Of a stretch of 64,000 bases of DNA, positions 27,362 to 36,312 are shown one piece after another (the first letter of the stretch is position 1; each line of letters begins with the position of its first letter). The notes beneath the pieces were generated by a model. That model had not been told where the DNA came from, made no database searches, and was given only the letters and a program-made list of their open reading frames with translations. The DNA comes from an uncultured Desulfarculus sp. (GTDB taxonomy: Bacteria > Desulfobacterota > Desulfarculia > Desulfarculales > Desulfarculaceae): the NCBI GenBank assembly GCA_963665125.2, contig CAXXUK010000002.1:576001-640000 (forward strand), in the 5' to 3' direction. The translations under genes were made by a program, and so were the position numbers.

Positions 27362-30042
27362 TGGCCGGTCTGCTCCGGCGGGTCATAGATGGCCACGGTG
27401 GCATCCCGCCCCTGCAACCTTGCCGCGAAATTGCGGCAGAAGGTCAGGCCGATACCCGGGTAGATATTCATTACCTCGCTCAGCTGGCCGAAGGGGATGA
27501 GCAGTGTCTCCACCTTGTCCCGGGCACGCCAGGTGGCTTCGGCTCCGGCTTGGGTAAACAGGCCCAGATCGCCCAGCCAGCCGCCCGGCCCTATGGTTTC
27601 GGGCTGGTCCGTTCCGCCCATGGCCTCGCCGGCCTCCCGGAGCAGCGTCCCGGAGAGCACCAGCACCAGTGCCGTTTCCTCGCGTCCTTGCTGCACCACC
27701 ACCTCGCCAGGCAGGTAAACGGCGGGCCGGGCCAGGGAGACCAGGGCCTCAATTTCCCTTATCCCCAAACTCAGGAACAGGGCAAAGCCATCCATCTGTT
27801 TTATCCGCTCCACGAACTCGGGCATATCAGCCTCCAGGCCCAGACATCGGTTATAGGCGTAGCGCGCGGCCTCGCGCACCCTGCCGTCCTCGTCCTCCAA
27901 GAGCATCCCGGCGGCGGGCAGAAACCCTGGGCCGGGCCCAAGCTCACCCATGGTGAAGGCGGACAGTAGGCGGATCATGCGATCCCGGCTGTGGGCCAAG
28001 TGCATCAGGACGCTCTCCAGGCCACCCGAAGCCGGCAAGGGCAGGGATTTGCGCCCCAGGGCGATGAGCTTGGTCGGAGGCATCTTCTCCAGCAGGGGTA
28101 TCAGAAGCCGGGCCAGGGGGCGTTCCACGGTTACCTCCAACAGCTCCACCGCCGCCGAGGCGTCCAGTGAGGCCAGGGCGGATTGCATGAGGCGCATGTC
28201 CTTGTGTCTGACCCACAAGGCGTGGAAGATGAGGCCCAGGCCCTCGCGGTTGCAGGCTTCCAGATGAGAACGCAGCAGGGCCGGGCCGCTCAGCCCGCGC
28301 CCCGGGGAAAGCCGCTGCATGGCCCCGGTCCGGTTGTAGATGAGGCTTAGTTCTTCCATGATCATGGGTCCGGTGTCGAAGTCTTTCATGCCGCCCAGCC
28401 TGACCACCTCCAGAATGCCCTGACGCTGCCTGAGATGCGGATCGTCCAGCGAGGCCTCCAGGAAAGGACGCACCGCCTCGCCATATTGCACCAGGGCGTC
28501 CACCGCCAACTTGTGCACCATGTCCTGATCCCGCAAGAGCGCCACCAGGGGATGCACGGCTCGCATGTCGCGCCGCATGGCCATGGAGGCCACGGCCTGG
28601 ACCCGCACCATGGGGTCGGGGTCCCTCATCATCTCCAGCGCATCGTCGGCGGCAAGGGACGCCTCCGGGCGCGGCCGGGCTCTCTCCCGTGCTTGGTCAT
28701 CCCCGCCCTCGTCCGGGGCCGGGGCGGGATCGAGGCCGTACTGGTTTTGCAGCCTGAGTGAATCTATGCGGTCAAAGTCCACCGCGTCGTGGGTGATGAC
28801 TTGCTTGAGGGCCAGGCGGAACTGCCGCCGGAAGGCCAGGGTCTCGTATATCCAGTAAAAGGCCAGCAGCGCCGCCAGGGGCGCAAGCTGGCGCGGGGAA
28901 AGCACCGGTTTGAGGGCCAGCATGGCGCACGAACCCAGCAGCATTCCCGCCTTGACCACCGTGCCCCGCACAAAGACCCGGGCCCAGTTGGCCACCTCCC
29001 GGGGCACCAGATTGAACAGAACCTTGTTGACCGGTCCGGCCACCGCTTGTTGCACCAGACGGGTTATGAACTGGCCGATCACGGCGGTGTACAGGCTGAA
29101 GGAGGCAGTCAGGGCCGTGAACAGAACCCCCAGGTCCAGCGGCAAGGCCAGCGAGGCGTTCACTACCCCGATGCGGGTGTATACGCGGCCCATGGCCAAC
29201 AGCAGCAGGAATACCACCAAGGTCATGCTTCCCCGGAAGATGCTGAAGAAGGACAAAAGGCCGTGCTCGCTGGTGAAGCCCTGATCCACTATTACGTTGA
29301 ACTGGTAGAGGAATATGGGCAGCAGGATGTTGGGGAGCAGGCCCAATATCACCAGATAGCGCACGATGGGGTATTTCTTCATCAGGGCCGGAACCTCGAC
29401 CAGGCGCCGCCGCCGGGCGGTCCCCGCCGATCCGACGTCACGCTGGGCGGGCCCCGAGCGGCGCGCCAGCATGGCCAGGCCTAGAATCAGGCACGAACCG
29501 GCATAAACCGCTAAAATTTGATCACGGCCCAGGAGCCAGGCCAGGCCGTCGGTGGCGAAATTGCCGCCGACCACGCCCAGGACCTGGGCCGCCGTTATAA
29601 GTGGGAACAGCCGCTTGCCCTGGCGGGAATCGAAGACGTCGCAGGCGATGTTCCAGAGGTAGACCAGCAGCAGTGAATCCTGTAAATACAAAAGCTGGAA
29701 CAGAAGCGGATACGACAGGTCGATCCCCGCGTGCACGCCCCAATAAAGAAATGAGGTGGCGATTGCGTAAAACAGAAAAACACCAGCCAGGAGGCGGGCG
29801 TCACCGAGGCGCGATGAAATGCGGTTGAATAGGCCGAGCACTGCAAACGTGGCCACGCTGTTGATGCCTAGCATCAGGGGAATTTGCTGGACCCCGTAGC
29901 GTTTCAGAAAAGTGGTGTCCACATAGTTGCGGAACAGGGCCATGAAAAAGAACACCGAGCAGAACAGAACGCACAGCCCCAACAAGGAGCGTCTTTCGTT
30001 CTCGAAGACATTCAATTTGTTCAAGAGGAACTTGTTCATCAA
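27355..30042 (-). CDS. Npt1/TLC-like MFS transporter fused to HEAT repeats and cNMP-binding domain
   Basis: ~12 TM N-terminus (RNYVDTTFLKRYG, FDSRQGKRLFPLI), HEAT repeats (DPDPMVRVQAV, DEDGRVREAA), cNMP domain (YLPGEVVVQQG...IGPGGWLGDLGLF). Confidence 0.85.
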   Translation of the reverse strand: MMNKFLLNKLNVFENERRSLLGLCVLFCSVFFFMALFRNYVDTTFLKRYGVQQIPLMLGINSVATFAVLGLFNRISSRLGDARLLAGVFLFYAIATSFLYWGVHAGIDLSYPLLFQLLYLQDSLLLVYLWNIACDVFDSRQGKRLFPLITAAQVLGVVGGNFATDGLAWLLGRDQILAVYAGSCLILGLAMLARRSGPAQRDVGSAGTARRRRLVEVPALMKKYPIVRYLVILGLLPNILLPIFLYQFNVIVDQGFTSEHGLLSFFSIFRGSMTLVVFLLLLAMGRVYTRIGVVNASLALPLDLGVLFTALTASFSLYTAVIGQFITRLVQQAVAGPVNKVLFNLVPREVANWARVFVRGTVVKAGMLLGSCAMLALKPVLSPRQLAPLAALLAFYWIYETLAFRRQFRLALKQVITHDAVDFDRIDSLRLQNQYGLDPAPAPDEGGDDQARERARPRPEASLAADDALEMMRDPDPMVRVQAVASMAMRRDMRAVHPLVALLRDQDMVHKLAVDALVQYGEAVRPFLEASLDDPHLRQRQGILEVVRLGGMKDFDTGPMIMEELSLIYNRTGAMQRLSPGRGLSGPALLRSHLEACNREGLGLIFHALWVRHKDMRLMQSALASLDASAAVELLEVTVERPLARLLIPLLEKMPPTKLIALGRKSLPLPASGGLESVLMHLAHSRDRMIRLLSAFTMGELGPGPGFLPAAGMLLEDEDGRVREAARYAYNRCLGLEADMPEFVERIKQMDGFALFLSLGIREIEALVSLARPAVYLPGEVVVQQGREETALVLVLSGTLLREAGEAMGGTDQPETIGPGGWLGDLGLFTQAGAEATWRARDKVETLLIPFGQLSEVMNIYPGIGLTFCRNFAARLQGRDATVAIYDPPEQTGQW

Positions 30043-30234
30043 GGCAATCCGTCTGCGGTCCCGGGATGAGATAGGAGATTGCTTACATTGAATCCAGATG
30101 CTAACATGGCCTTCGTTTAGGTGACAATAATGTTTTAGGTTCCTGTGGTTACCTCATCACACTCCGGATGCGGGGCGGCGGCAAGCCCGTTTGGTTCTCG
30201 CATCCGCGAGGGTGCATCGGCGAGGCGCTTTGCA

Positions 30235-31509
30235 ATGAACTCCACGCTGGGCACGCCCGCCCCCATCTCGGCCGCGCCGCGCCGGGTGATGCTCTATACC
30301 CACAACGCCGTGGGCCTGGGTCATGTCTTCCGCAGCCTGGCGGTTCTCGGAGGCATGCGGCCCTGGGCCCCGCGATGGGACTTTTTGGCCGTGTCGGGCA
30401 GCTCCATCCCCCAGGCCTTCCTAGAGGAGGGGGTCGAGGTGCTCAAGCTGCCAGGCGCGCGCCTGAACATTGAGCAGGCCGGTCCTAGTCTGAGTCCGCG
30501 CCACCTGAAATCCCTTTCCCTGGATTGCCTCTTCGACCTCAGAACCAAGCTGATTCAGGATGCCTTTGATTGTTTCGCGCCGGAGGCGGTGCTGGTCGAG
30601 CACAACATGGCCGGCCTGATGAACGAACTGGTCCCCCTGCTGCTGCGGAAGCGGATGCGCCGTGGCGGACCCGAGGACTTCGCCCTGGTCCACATCTCGC
30701 GGGGGATCATGCGCTCCTCGCCGGAATTATGCCTGCCCAGGCAGAATCCGCCGCATCTTTCCGGCTCCATCGACCTGGGCGAACTGTACGACCTCATTTA
30801 TGTACTGGAGGACCGGCACATCGCCGAGGCCGACGGTCCCTTGTGGCAGCCGGGCTCCGGCCTGGCCGGGCGCACCGCCTTTCTGGGCAAAATCGGCTTC
30901 AGAACCCGGGCCGAACTGCCCTCGGCCTCGGCCGCCAAACGCAAGTGGGGCCTTACCGACGCCCCCCTGATCTTGCTCTCCCTGGGCCGCTTCGGGCAGG
31001 TGAGCCGCATGGCCCGGGCCTTGGGCCAAGCCCTGGCCGAGAATGGCCCGGCCGCCGGGCATCAGCTGGCCGTGGTGCTGGACCCCTACCTGGACCTGCG
31101 GGAAAAGCAATCCCTGCGAAGGTGCGCCGGGGAGATGGGCGCCGCCGTCTTGGGGTTCGCTCCGTATCTGGTAGAGCTGATCAACGCGGCGGATCTGGTG
31201 GTCTGCCGGGCGGGCTACAATACCTTCAACGAGGTTCTGCTCAGCGGGGTGCGGGCCCTGTTCATCTGCGAGGAGCACGGTGGGCTGGAGCAGGAGCGCC
31301 GGGTCCGCTACCTGGCTGGTGAGCACCAAGCCGCCGTCCGCGAGCAGAAGGTGCTGGCCGACGGGGCGCGTAAAACCCTGCGTCGCCTGCTGGCCGCGCC
31401 ACGCGATCCCGATCCGCCGGTCCTGGACCGCTTCGCCATCGGCGGCCGCATGGTGCGCGACCTCGAACAATGGTGGAGCGGCCGGTCCGGTCCCGGCCTG
31501 GGCGGGTAG
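30235..31509 (+). CDS. Predicted glycosyltransferase (COG4671-like, GT28/MurG-type fold)
   Basis: MLYTHNAVGLGHVFRSLA, ADLVVCRAGYNTFNEVL, EQERR. Confidence 0.85.
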   Translation: MNSTLGTPAPISAAPRRVMLYTHNAVGLGHVFRSLAVLGGMRPWAPRWDFLAVSGSSIPQAFLEEGVEVLKLPGARLNIEQAGPSLSPRHLKSLSLDCLFDLRTKLIQDAFDCFAPEAVLVEHNMAGLMNELVPLLLRKRMRRGGPEDFALVHISRGIMRSSPELCLPRQNPPHLSGSIDLGELYDLIYVLEDRHIAEADGPLWQPGSGLAGRTAFLGKIGFRTRAELPSASAAKRKWGLTDAPLILLSLGRFGQVSRMARALGQALAENGPAAGHQLAVVLDPYLDLREKQSLRRCAGEMGAAVLGFAPYLVELINAADLVVCRAGYNTFNEVLLSGVRALFICEEHGGLEQERRVRYLAGEHQAAVREQKVLADGARKTLRRLLAAPRDPDPPVLDRFAIGGRMVRDLEQWWSGRSGPGLGG

Positions 31510-31513
31510 ACGC

Positions 31514-32245
31514 TTGCCGCGTCTTTGGCTCATTCGCCACGGCGAGAGCGTCTGGAATCGCCAACGGCGTTTTATCGGCTGGGGCGACCCGCCCCTCTCG
31601 CCCGTTGGGTGCGCTCAGGCCCGGGCCGCCGGCCGTCTGCTCGCAGCCGCGGGCGCCAACCCCGAGGCAGTGTTTTGCTCCCGGCTTGTCCGGGCCTGCC
31701 AGACCCTTGACCAGGCCCTTGACGTCTGCGACGCTGGCCGCATTCCGGCGTGCTTCTCCTGGCGCTTGAACGAACTCCACTGCGGGCAATGGCAGGGCCG
31801 ATCCAAGCCGGAGGTGGCCGATGAGCGGCTGGCCGCGTGGCGCGCCGATCCTTCGGCCAGGCCGCCCCTGTTGGAGCCGGAGGACCCCAGGCATCCCCGC
31901 CACGATCCCCGCTACCATGACCAGGACCCCGCGCTGCTGCCTTCGGGGGAGTCTCAACTCGACTTGCTGGAACGGCTGCGCCCATTCTGGCGGGAACAAC
32001 TTCTGCCGTCCCTGTCTGGGCGGGACTGCGTCTGGGTGGTGGCCCACTCGGGCAGTCTGTGGGGCCTGGCCAGACTACTTTACGAAACGGGTGGCCAAGA
32101 CCTACCGCCCTGGATCCTGCCTCCTGCCAATCCTCTATGCCTGGAGTTGGACCGGGGTCTCCGGCCCGTGGCCGCCCGCTTTCTGGACCGCGGCGGCGAG
32201 AACCCGTCCCCGCTACCCGCGATCCCGGCGTTGCGGTCCGAATAG
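31514..32245 (+). CDS. Histidine phosphatase, diverged GpmA-like
   Basis: LIRHGESVWN, WRLNELHCG, LPSGES, VVAHSGSL; TTG start estimated. Confidence 0.85.
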   Translation: MPRLWLIRHGESVWNRQRRFIGWGDPPLSPVGCAQARAAGRLLAAAGANPEAVFCSRLVRACQTLDQALDVCDAGRIPACFSWRLNELHCGQWQGRSKPEVADERLAAWRADPSARPPLLEPEDPRHPRHDPRYHDQDPALLPSGESQLDLLERLRPFWREQLLPSLSGRDCVWVVAHSGSLWGLARLLYETGGQDLPPWILPPANPLCLELDRGLRPVAARFLDRGGENPSPLPAIPALRSE

Positions 32246-32270
32246 CCACCCTCGTCTCCCGGCATTCGGC

Positions 32271-33806
32271 TCAAAGGCGCGGCGCGATCGTTCTATCTCC
32301 GGCCTCCCGTTCCCTGAGCCGCTCCAATAATGGCGCCAGCAGGGTCTCGATCATCTCCTCGCGCTGTGCTATGCCTTCGGGGCCAGGGCCGTCGGCCTCG
32401 CCGAACGACAGGCGGGGCCGCTCGAACAGGGGCTTGGGCGACGAGGAAAGGTCGCGTAGGCCGTAGTCGCCCGGCCGGCGGGCCATGCTGGAGCCGGGCT
32501 CAAGCAGAAAACGGTGCAGGGCGAGTTCCACATCAGGCGCGTCCAGCAGGGATTCCAACAAGGAACGCAGGGCCCGGGCGTCCTCGGGACCCTCGTGGGG
32601 GGTATGGTACATCAGGTGCAGATGGCTCTTGATGCCCAGATCGCGGCACTCGGCCAGCAGGCCGGGCACCCGCTCCACCGGAAAGCCCTTGCCCAGCAGG
32701 CGCACGGTGGGCTGGTGCATGGCCTCCACGCCCCAGAAGAGGCTGAAGCAGCCCGAACTACGGGCCAGGGCCAGGAGCCGGTGGCTGAATCCCTGCACCC
32801 GGGCATAGGCGTACCAGCTCATGCCCGGCATTACATCGGGCAAACGGCCGCACAGGCGCGAGAGCTGATCCGGGTCGGCGTTGATGCTGGCGTCGCAGAA
32901 CACGAAATCCCGGCTGCGGTAAGCGCGGGCCAGGCCATCGAGCTCGGCGAGAATCTTTTCCAGCGGCTTGCGCTCGAAGTCATCCACCAGGCGGCCGGTG
33001 CAGAAACTGCAGCGCGATGCGCAGCCCTTGGTAATCCGATAGGGCAGAAACAGCGCGTCTCGGCCCGTGACCGGATGGCGCATGCGGTAGTCATCCAGGT
33101 CCAGCCCATCGAAATCCGGGGCATATTCTTCTGGTGCGGGCAAGCGGGCGGGCGGGCTCTCGCGGAGGTGTCCGGCGCTAAGGAAGCAGGCGCCCGGCAC
33201 CTCGGCAGGCGTCACGCTTCCCCGGTCCGAGATCATCCGGTGCAGGGTGGCCAGGGGCTCCTCGCCGTTGCCCCTTATCCAAAGGTCGGCGCAACCAAAG
33301 GCCGCCAGCTCGGTGATCGGCTTGATGGTGACGTAGGGCCCTCCGAATATGATCAGCGCCCCCGGCTCTCTGCGCTTGATGCACCGGGCCAGAAGCAGGC
33401 TGGCCCAGTACTGGGGATAAGCCATGATCGAAAAGGCGTAGATCGCCGCCCCGCCCGGCAGTCGGTCGGCATATTTGGCCGCGAAATCCTCCAGCCTTCC
33501 GCTGCTCGCCCGTCCGTGCAGGAGGTCCAGATATTCCTCCTGACTGAACCCGTGCTCGCGGCTGTGGTAGTTTGGGTCGTCCGGCGCGCCGTGCAGATAG
33601 ACCGCGAGTAGATCATGCTGGCTCACCGGGACGCCCCGGTCCTTCAGATAGGCGTAGAGCACGGCCATGCCGTATGGCAAAACCTTGGTGGGCAGGTAGC
33701 GCTTGCTCAGGGCCGGGGGGTGCACCAGCACCACCGGGGCGTCGGGTGCGAGGTCGACGGTTTGCGGGCCGTATCCCGGGCGGACGGTCGATACAGGAAC
33801 GGACAT
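32271..33806 (-). CDS. Cobalamin-binding radical SAM protein (second, divergent)
   Basis: LPYGMAVLYAYL, IIFGGP, GNGE, TKGCASRCSFC, FWGVE; start could be 33860. Confidence 0.88.
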   Translation of the reverse strand: MSVPVSTVRPGYGPQTVDLAPDAPVVLVHPPALSKRYLPTKVLPYGMAVLYAYLKDRGVPVSQHDLLAVYLHGAPDDPNYHSREHGFSQEEYLDLLHGRASSGRLEDFAAKYADRLPGGAAIYAFSIMAYPQYWASLLLARCIKRREPGALIIFGGPYVTIKPITELAAFGCADLWIRGNGEEPLATLHRMISDRGSVTPAEVPGACFLSAGHLRESPPARLPAPEEYAPDFDGLDLDDYRMRHPVTGRDALFLPYRITKGCASRCSFCTGRLVDDFERKPLEKILAELDGLARAYRSRDFVFCDASINADPDQLSRLCGRLPDVMPGMSWYAYARVQGFSHRLLALARSSGCFSLFWGVEAMHQPTVRLLGKGFPVERVPGLLAECRDLGIKSHLHLMYHTPHEGPEDARALRSLLESLLDAPDVELALHRFLLEPGSSMARRPGDYGLRDLSSSPKPLFERPRLSFGEADGPGPEGIAQREEMIETLLAPLLERLREREAGDRTIAPRL

Positions 33807-33904
33807 GGGCTTGCCTGCCGTTAAGGACTGTAATATATTCGTTTTCCGTTGGTCTGTCATGGTAGCCCAGGGGAAGCGGGGTGACAAATATTTTCAATTC
33901 AGAG

Positions 33905-35689
33905 ATGCCGGCACTCAACCTCCGCCGGGGGCGGGGACGCAGGGGCACCCGGCGCGTCACGGCCCTGATACTGCTGTTGGCCGTGGTTCTGCTCCCGGCC
34001 GGCCGGGCACCGGCCACGGACCTACCGCCGGACAAGGTGGTCATCACCGACAAAGACATCGCCCGGCTCAACGTGCAGACCATCCAGGACCTGTTGAACC
34101 TGGTACCCGGGGTCCAGGCCGATTCCAGCACGGTGACCATCCGGGGTTCCAGCAACGTGCGCGTATTGCTGGATGGGCTATCGCTGAAAAACGCCCTGAC
34201 CGCCTCCAGCACCATCCGTTGGAACCTTGTCTTCCTGCCCTCGGTGGCCGAGGTGGTGATCCTCAAGGGCAGCGGATCGGTGGCGCACGGCGACGACAGC
34301 AGCGGCGGCGTCATCACCATATCCACCAAGCGCCTGGAACGTGATCAGGGCTATGCCCAGGTCTGCTTCGGCGGCAACGGCATCCAGGACCACCAACTTC
34401 AGTTCGGAAGCGTTGGCGAGATATGGGGCTTGCGCGCCGACGCCGGCTACTACCACAGCGACGGCTTTCGGCTCAACAACGACAAAACCATCTGGCGTTT
34501 CGGCCTCAAGTCGTCCCTGGCCCCGGCCCCGTGGCAAGAGGAAAAGGCGCGCGGCCTGGCCGACGACATCTCCCTGGCCATGAATCTTTCCCAAACAGAG
34601 CGCGGTCTACCGGGACTGCCCGCCTTTCCCCATCCGGAGGCCCGCGAACGCCAGCGCGACCTGGGCGCCACCCTGGCCGGCAAGTGGCACGGGGTGACCA
34701 GCGGAACCTACGTCACCAACTTCGAGAAGGACTTCAGCAACCCCGAAACCAATATGTATACCAACTTGGAGAGCTTGACCCTGCGCCAGGAGTTCAAAGG
34801 TTCTGCCGCCCTAGGAATCCTGGGTCCGGTGGCGTGGGGGGCGTCTCTCCAGGGCAGCCGGGCACGCGGCAACGAGTTGGATGCGGTGGACGAGCAAGCC
34901 TACGGCTTATTCGCCAGCAAGAAGATCGCCCTGCAGACCCTTCCTGTGTCCATGAACCTGGGCCTGCGGGAGAATATCTACTCCGAGTTCGAATCGGTGC
35001 TCAACGCGGAGGCGGACCTGACCCTGGACTTGGGCTCGCTTTCCTTGCACGGCGGCGTGGTCATGTCGAACAACGCGCCCAGCTTCCTGCAGCGCTACGA
35101 CCACAGCAGCACCACCGACCCCAATCCGGACCTGAGCCTTGAGAAAAGCACCAACTACACCCTTGGTGCCTCCTACCAACCCGTGAAGCAGTTGCAGGTC
35201 GAGGTGACCATCTTCCACGACAAGGTCAAGGACCGCATAACCTACGTGCGCGGCGACGAAGGCATCGGGCGCTATGAGAACGTGGGCGAGGCGCTCCTGG
35301 AGGGCCTGGACTTGGCCTTCACCTATCGGCCCTGGCCTTGGCTGCGTTCCCAGGCCAGCTATGGCTACCTGGACGCCAAAGATAAATCCACCGGGCTTTG
35401 GCTGCCCGGCAAACCCCGGCACAGCGCCCGCCTGGACCTGCAGGTGATCCCTTCGGCCAATATCCAATTCGGCGTCAAGCTCACCTACAATTCCCAGGCC
35501 TACACAAAGGCCGACAACACCGAGACCGCCCCCAGCTATTACACCATGGATGTGCGAGCCGAGTACTTGTTCAAGGGCTTTCGAATCTATGGCAAAGTGG
35601 ACAACCTGCTGGATGAGGATTACCTCTCTGGCGATGGATACCCCGCCTCGCCACGGGTATGGCAGTTGGGCATCTCCCTCGACTTCTGA
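33905..35689 (+). CDS. TonB-dependent receptor (BtuB/CirA-like size)
   Basis: Plug IQDLLNLVPGV...IRG...VLLDG...VVILKGSGSVAHGDDSSGGVITISTK, NPDLSLEKS, KVDNLLDEDY, C-terminal F. Confidence 0.92.
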   Translation: MPALNLRRGRGRRGTRRVTALILLLAVVLLPAGRAPATDLPPDKVVITDKDIARLNVQTIQDLLNLVPGVQADSSTVTIRGSSNVRVLLDGLSLKNALTASSTIRWNLVFLPSVAEVVILKGSGSVAHGDDSSGGVITISTKRLERDQGYAQVCFGGNGIQDHQLQFGSVGEIWGLRADAGYYHSDGFRLNNDKTIWRFGLKSSLAPAPWQEEKARGLADDISLAMNLSQTERGLPGLPAFPHPEARERQRDLGATLAGKWHGVTSGTYVTNFEKDFSNPETNMYTNLESLTLRQEFKGSAALGILGPVAWGASLQGSRARGNELDAVDEQAYGLFASKKIALQTLPVSMNLGLRENIYSEFESVLNAEADLTLDLGSLSLHGGVVMSNNAPSFLQRYDHSSTTDPNPDLSLEKSTNYTLGASYQPVKQLQVEVTIFHDKVKDRITYVRGDEGIGRYENVGEALLEGLDLAFTYRPWPWLRSQASYGYLDAKDKSTGLWLPGKPRHSARLDLQVIPSANIQFGVKLTYNSQAYTKADNTETAPSYYTMDVRAEYLFKGFRIYGKVDNLLDEDYLSGDGYPASPRVWQLGISLDF

Positions 35690-35727
35690 TGAATCCAACG
35701 GGCCGCGATTTCTTCCATTAGGCAAAA

Positions 35728-35753
35728 TGGTCCAGCCTAGTTTTTGCGGACAC
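35728..35753 (+). mobile_element. Isolated IS3-type terminal repeat
   Basis: TGGTCCAGCCTAGTTTTTGCGGACAC, 21/26 identical to 19131-19156, same orientation. Confidence 0.7.
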
Positions 35754-35757
35754 ACGA

Positions 35758-35785
35758 TTTATCCTGGGCCGGCCCTTTTTCTTTG
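35758..35785 (+). repeat. Right direct repeat (attR-like)
   Basis: TTTATCCTGGGCCGGCCCTTTTTCTTTG; 27/28 match to 18813-18840. Confidence 0.88.
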
Positions 35786-35898
35786 CCCGATTCCCGTCCC
35801 GACAGCAAAAAAACCACTCCAATACTCCCCGGAAGATGAAGTAAAATCTGCTGAACAGCTTTGTTTTTTGGAACCAACACCCCAGTGGAGAGGAATCG

Positions 35899-36282
35899 AT
35901 GACCGAGAGCGGCAACGAAGGTAGCACCAGGAACGAGATCCTTGCCGAGGATCGCCGCCGCATGGACGAGCGCAAGCAATCCTACCGGGAGCGGGCGCTA
36001 AAGATGTTTCCCTGGGTCTGCGCCCGGTGCGGCCGCGAGTTCAGCGGCAAGCGCCTGAGCGAGTTGACCGTGCACCACAAGGACCACAACCACGACAACA
36101 ACCCGCTGGACGGCAGCAACTGGGAGCTGTTGTGCATCTATTGCCACGACAACGAGCACTCCCGCTACACCGAGGCCGAACTCTACGGCGCCGAGCCCGC
36201 GCCCCGGCCCAAGGCGGACAAGCCATCGACTACGTACAAGGCCTTCGCGGGCCTGGCGGATTTATTGAAGGATAAGGAGTAG
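35899..36282 (+). CDS. yajD: YajD-family HNH nuclease
   Basis: YRERALKMFPWVCARCGREF...LTVHHKDHNHDNNPLDGSNWELLCIYCHDNEHS. Confidence 0.9.
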   Translation: MTESGNEGSTRNEILAEDRRRMDERKQSYRERALKMFPWVCARCGREFSGKRLSELTVHHKDHNHDNNPLDGSNWELLCIYCHDNEHSRYTEAELYGAEPAPRPKADKPSTTYKAFAGLADLLKDKE

Positions 36283-36312
36283 AAGCGGCGGATAATAAAA
36301 AATAACTATTTT

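Larger units (their letters stand above)
18813..35785. mobile_element. Decayed ~17-kb genomic island at tRNA-Glu
   Basis: 28-bp direct repeat at both ends (1 mismatch), integrase remnant next to the tRNA, IS3 remnants at both ends, accessory cargo. Confidence 0.85.

Noticed and set aside
31280..31513. Upstream extension of the phosphatase ORF
   Set aside because: Overlaps the GT gene; family similarity begins at RLWLIRHG
19443..35689. RiPP cluster interpretation of the two radical SAMs
   Set aside because: No plausible precursor peptide, RRE or peptidase seen; partners are carbohydrate-active
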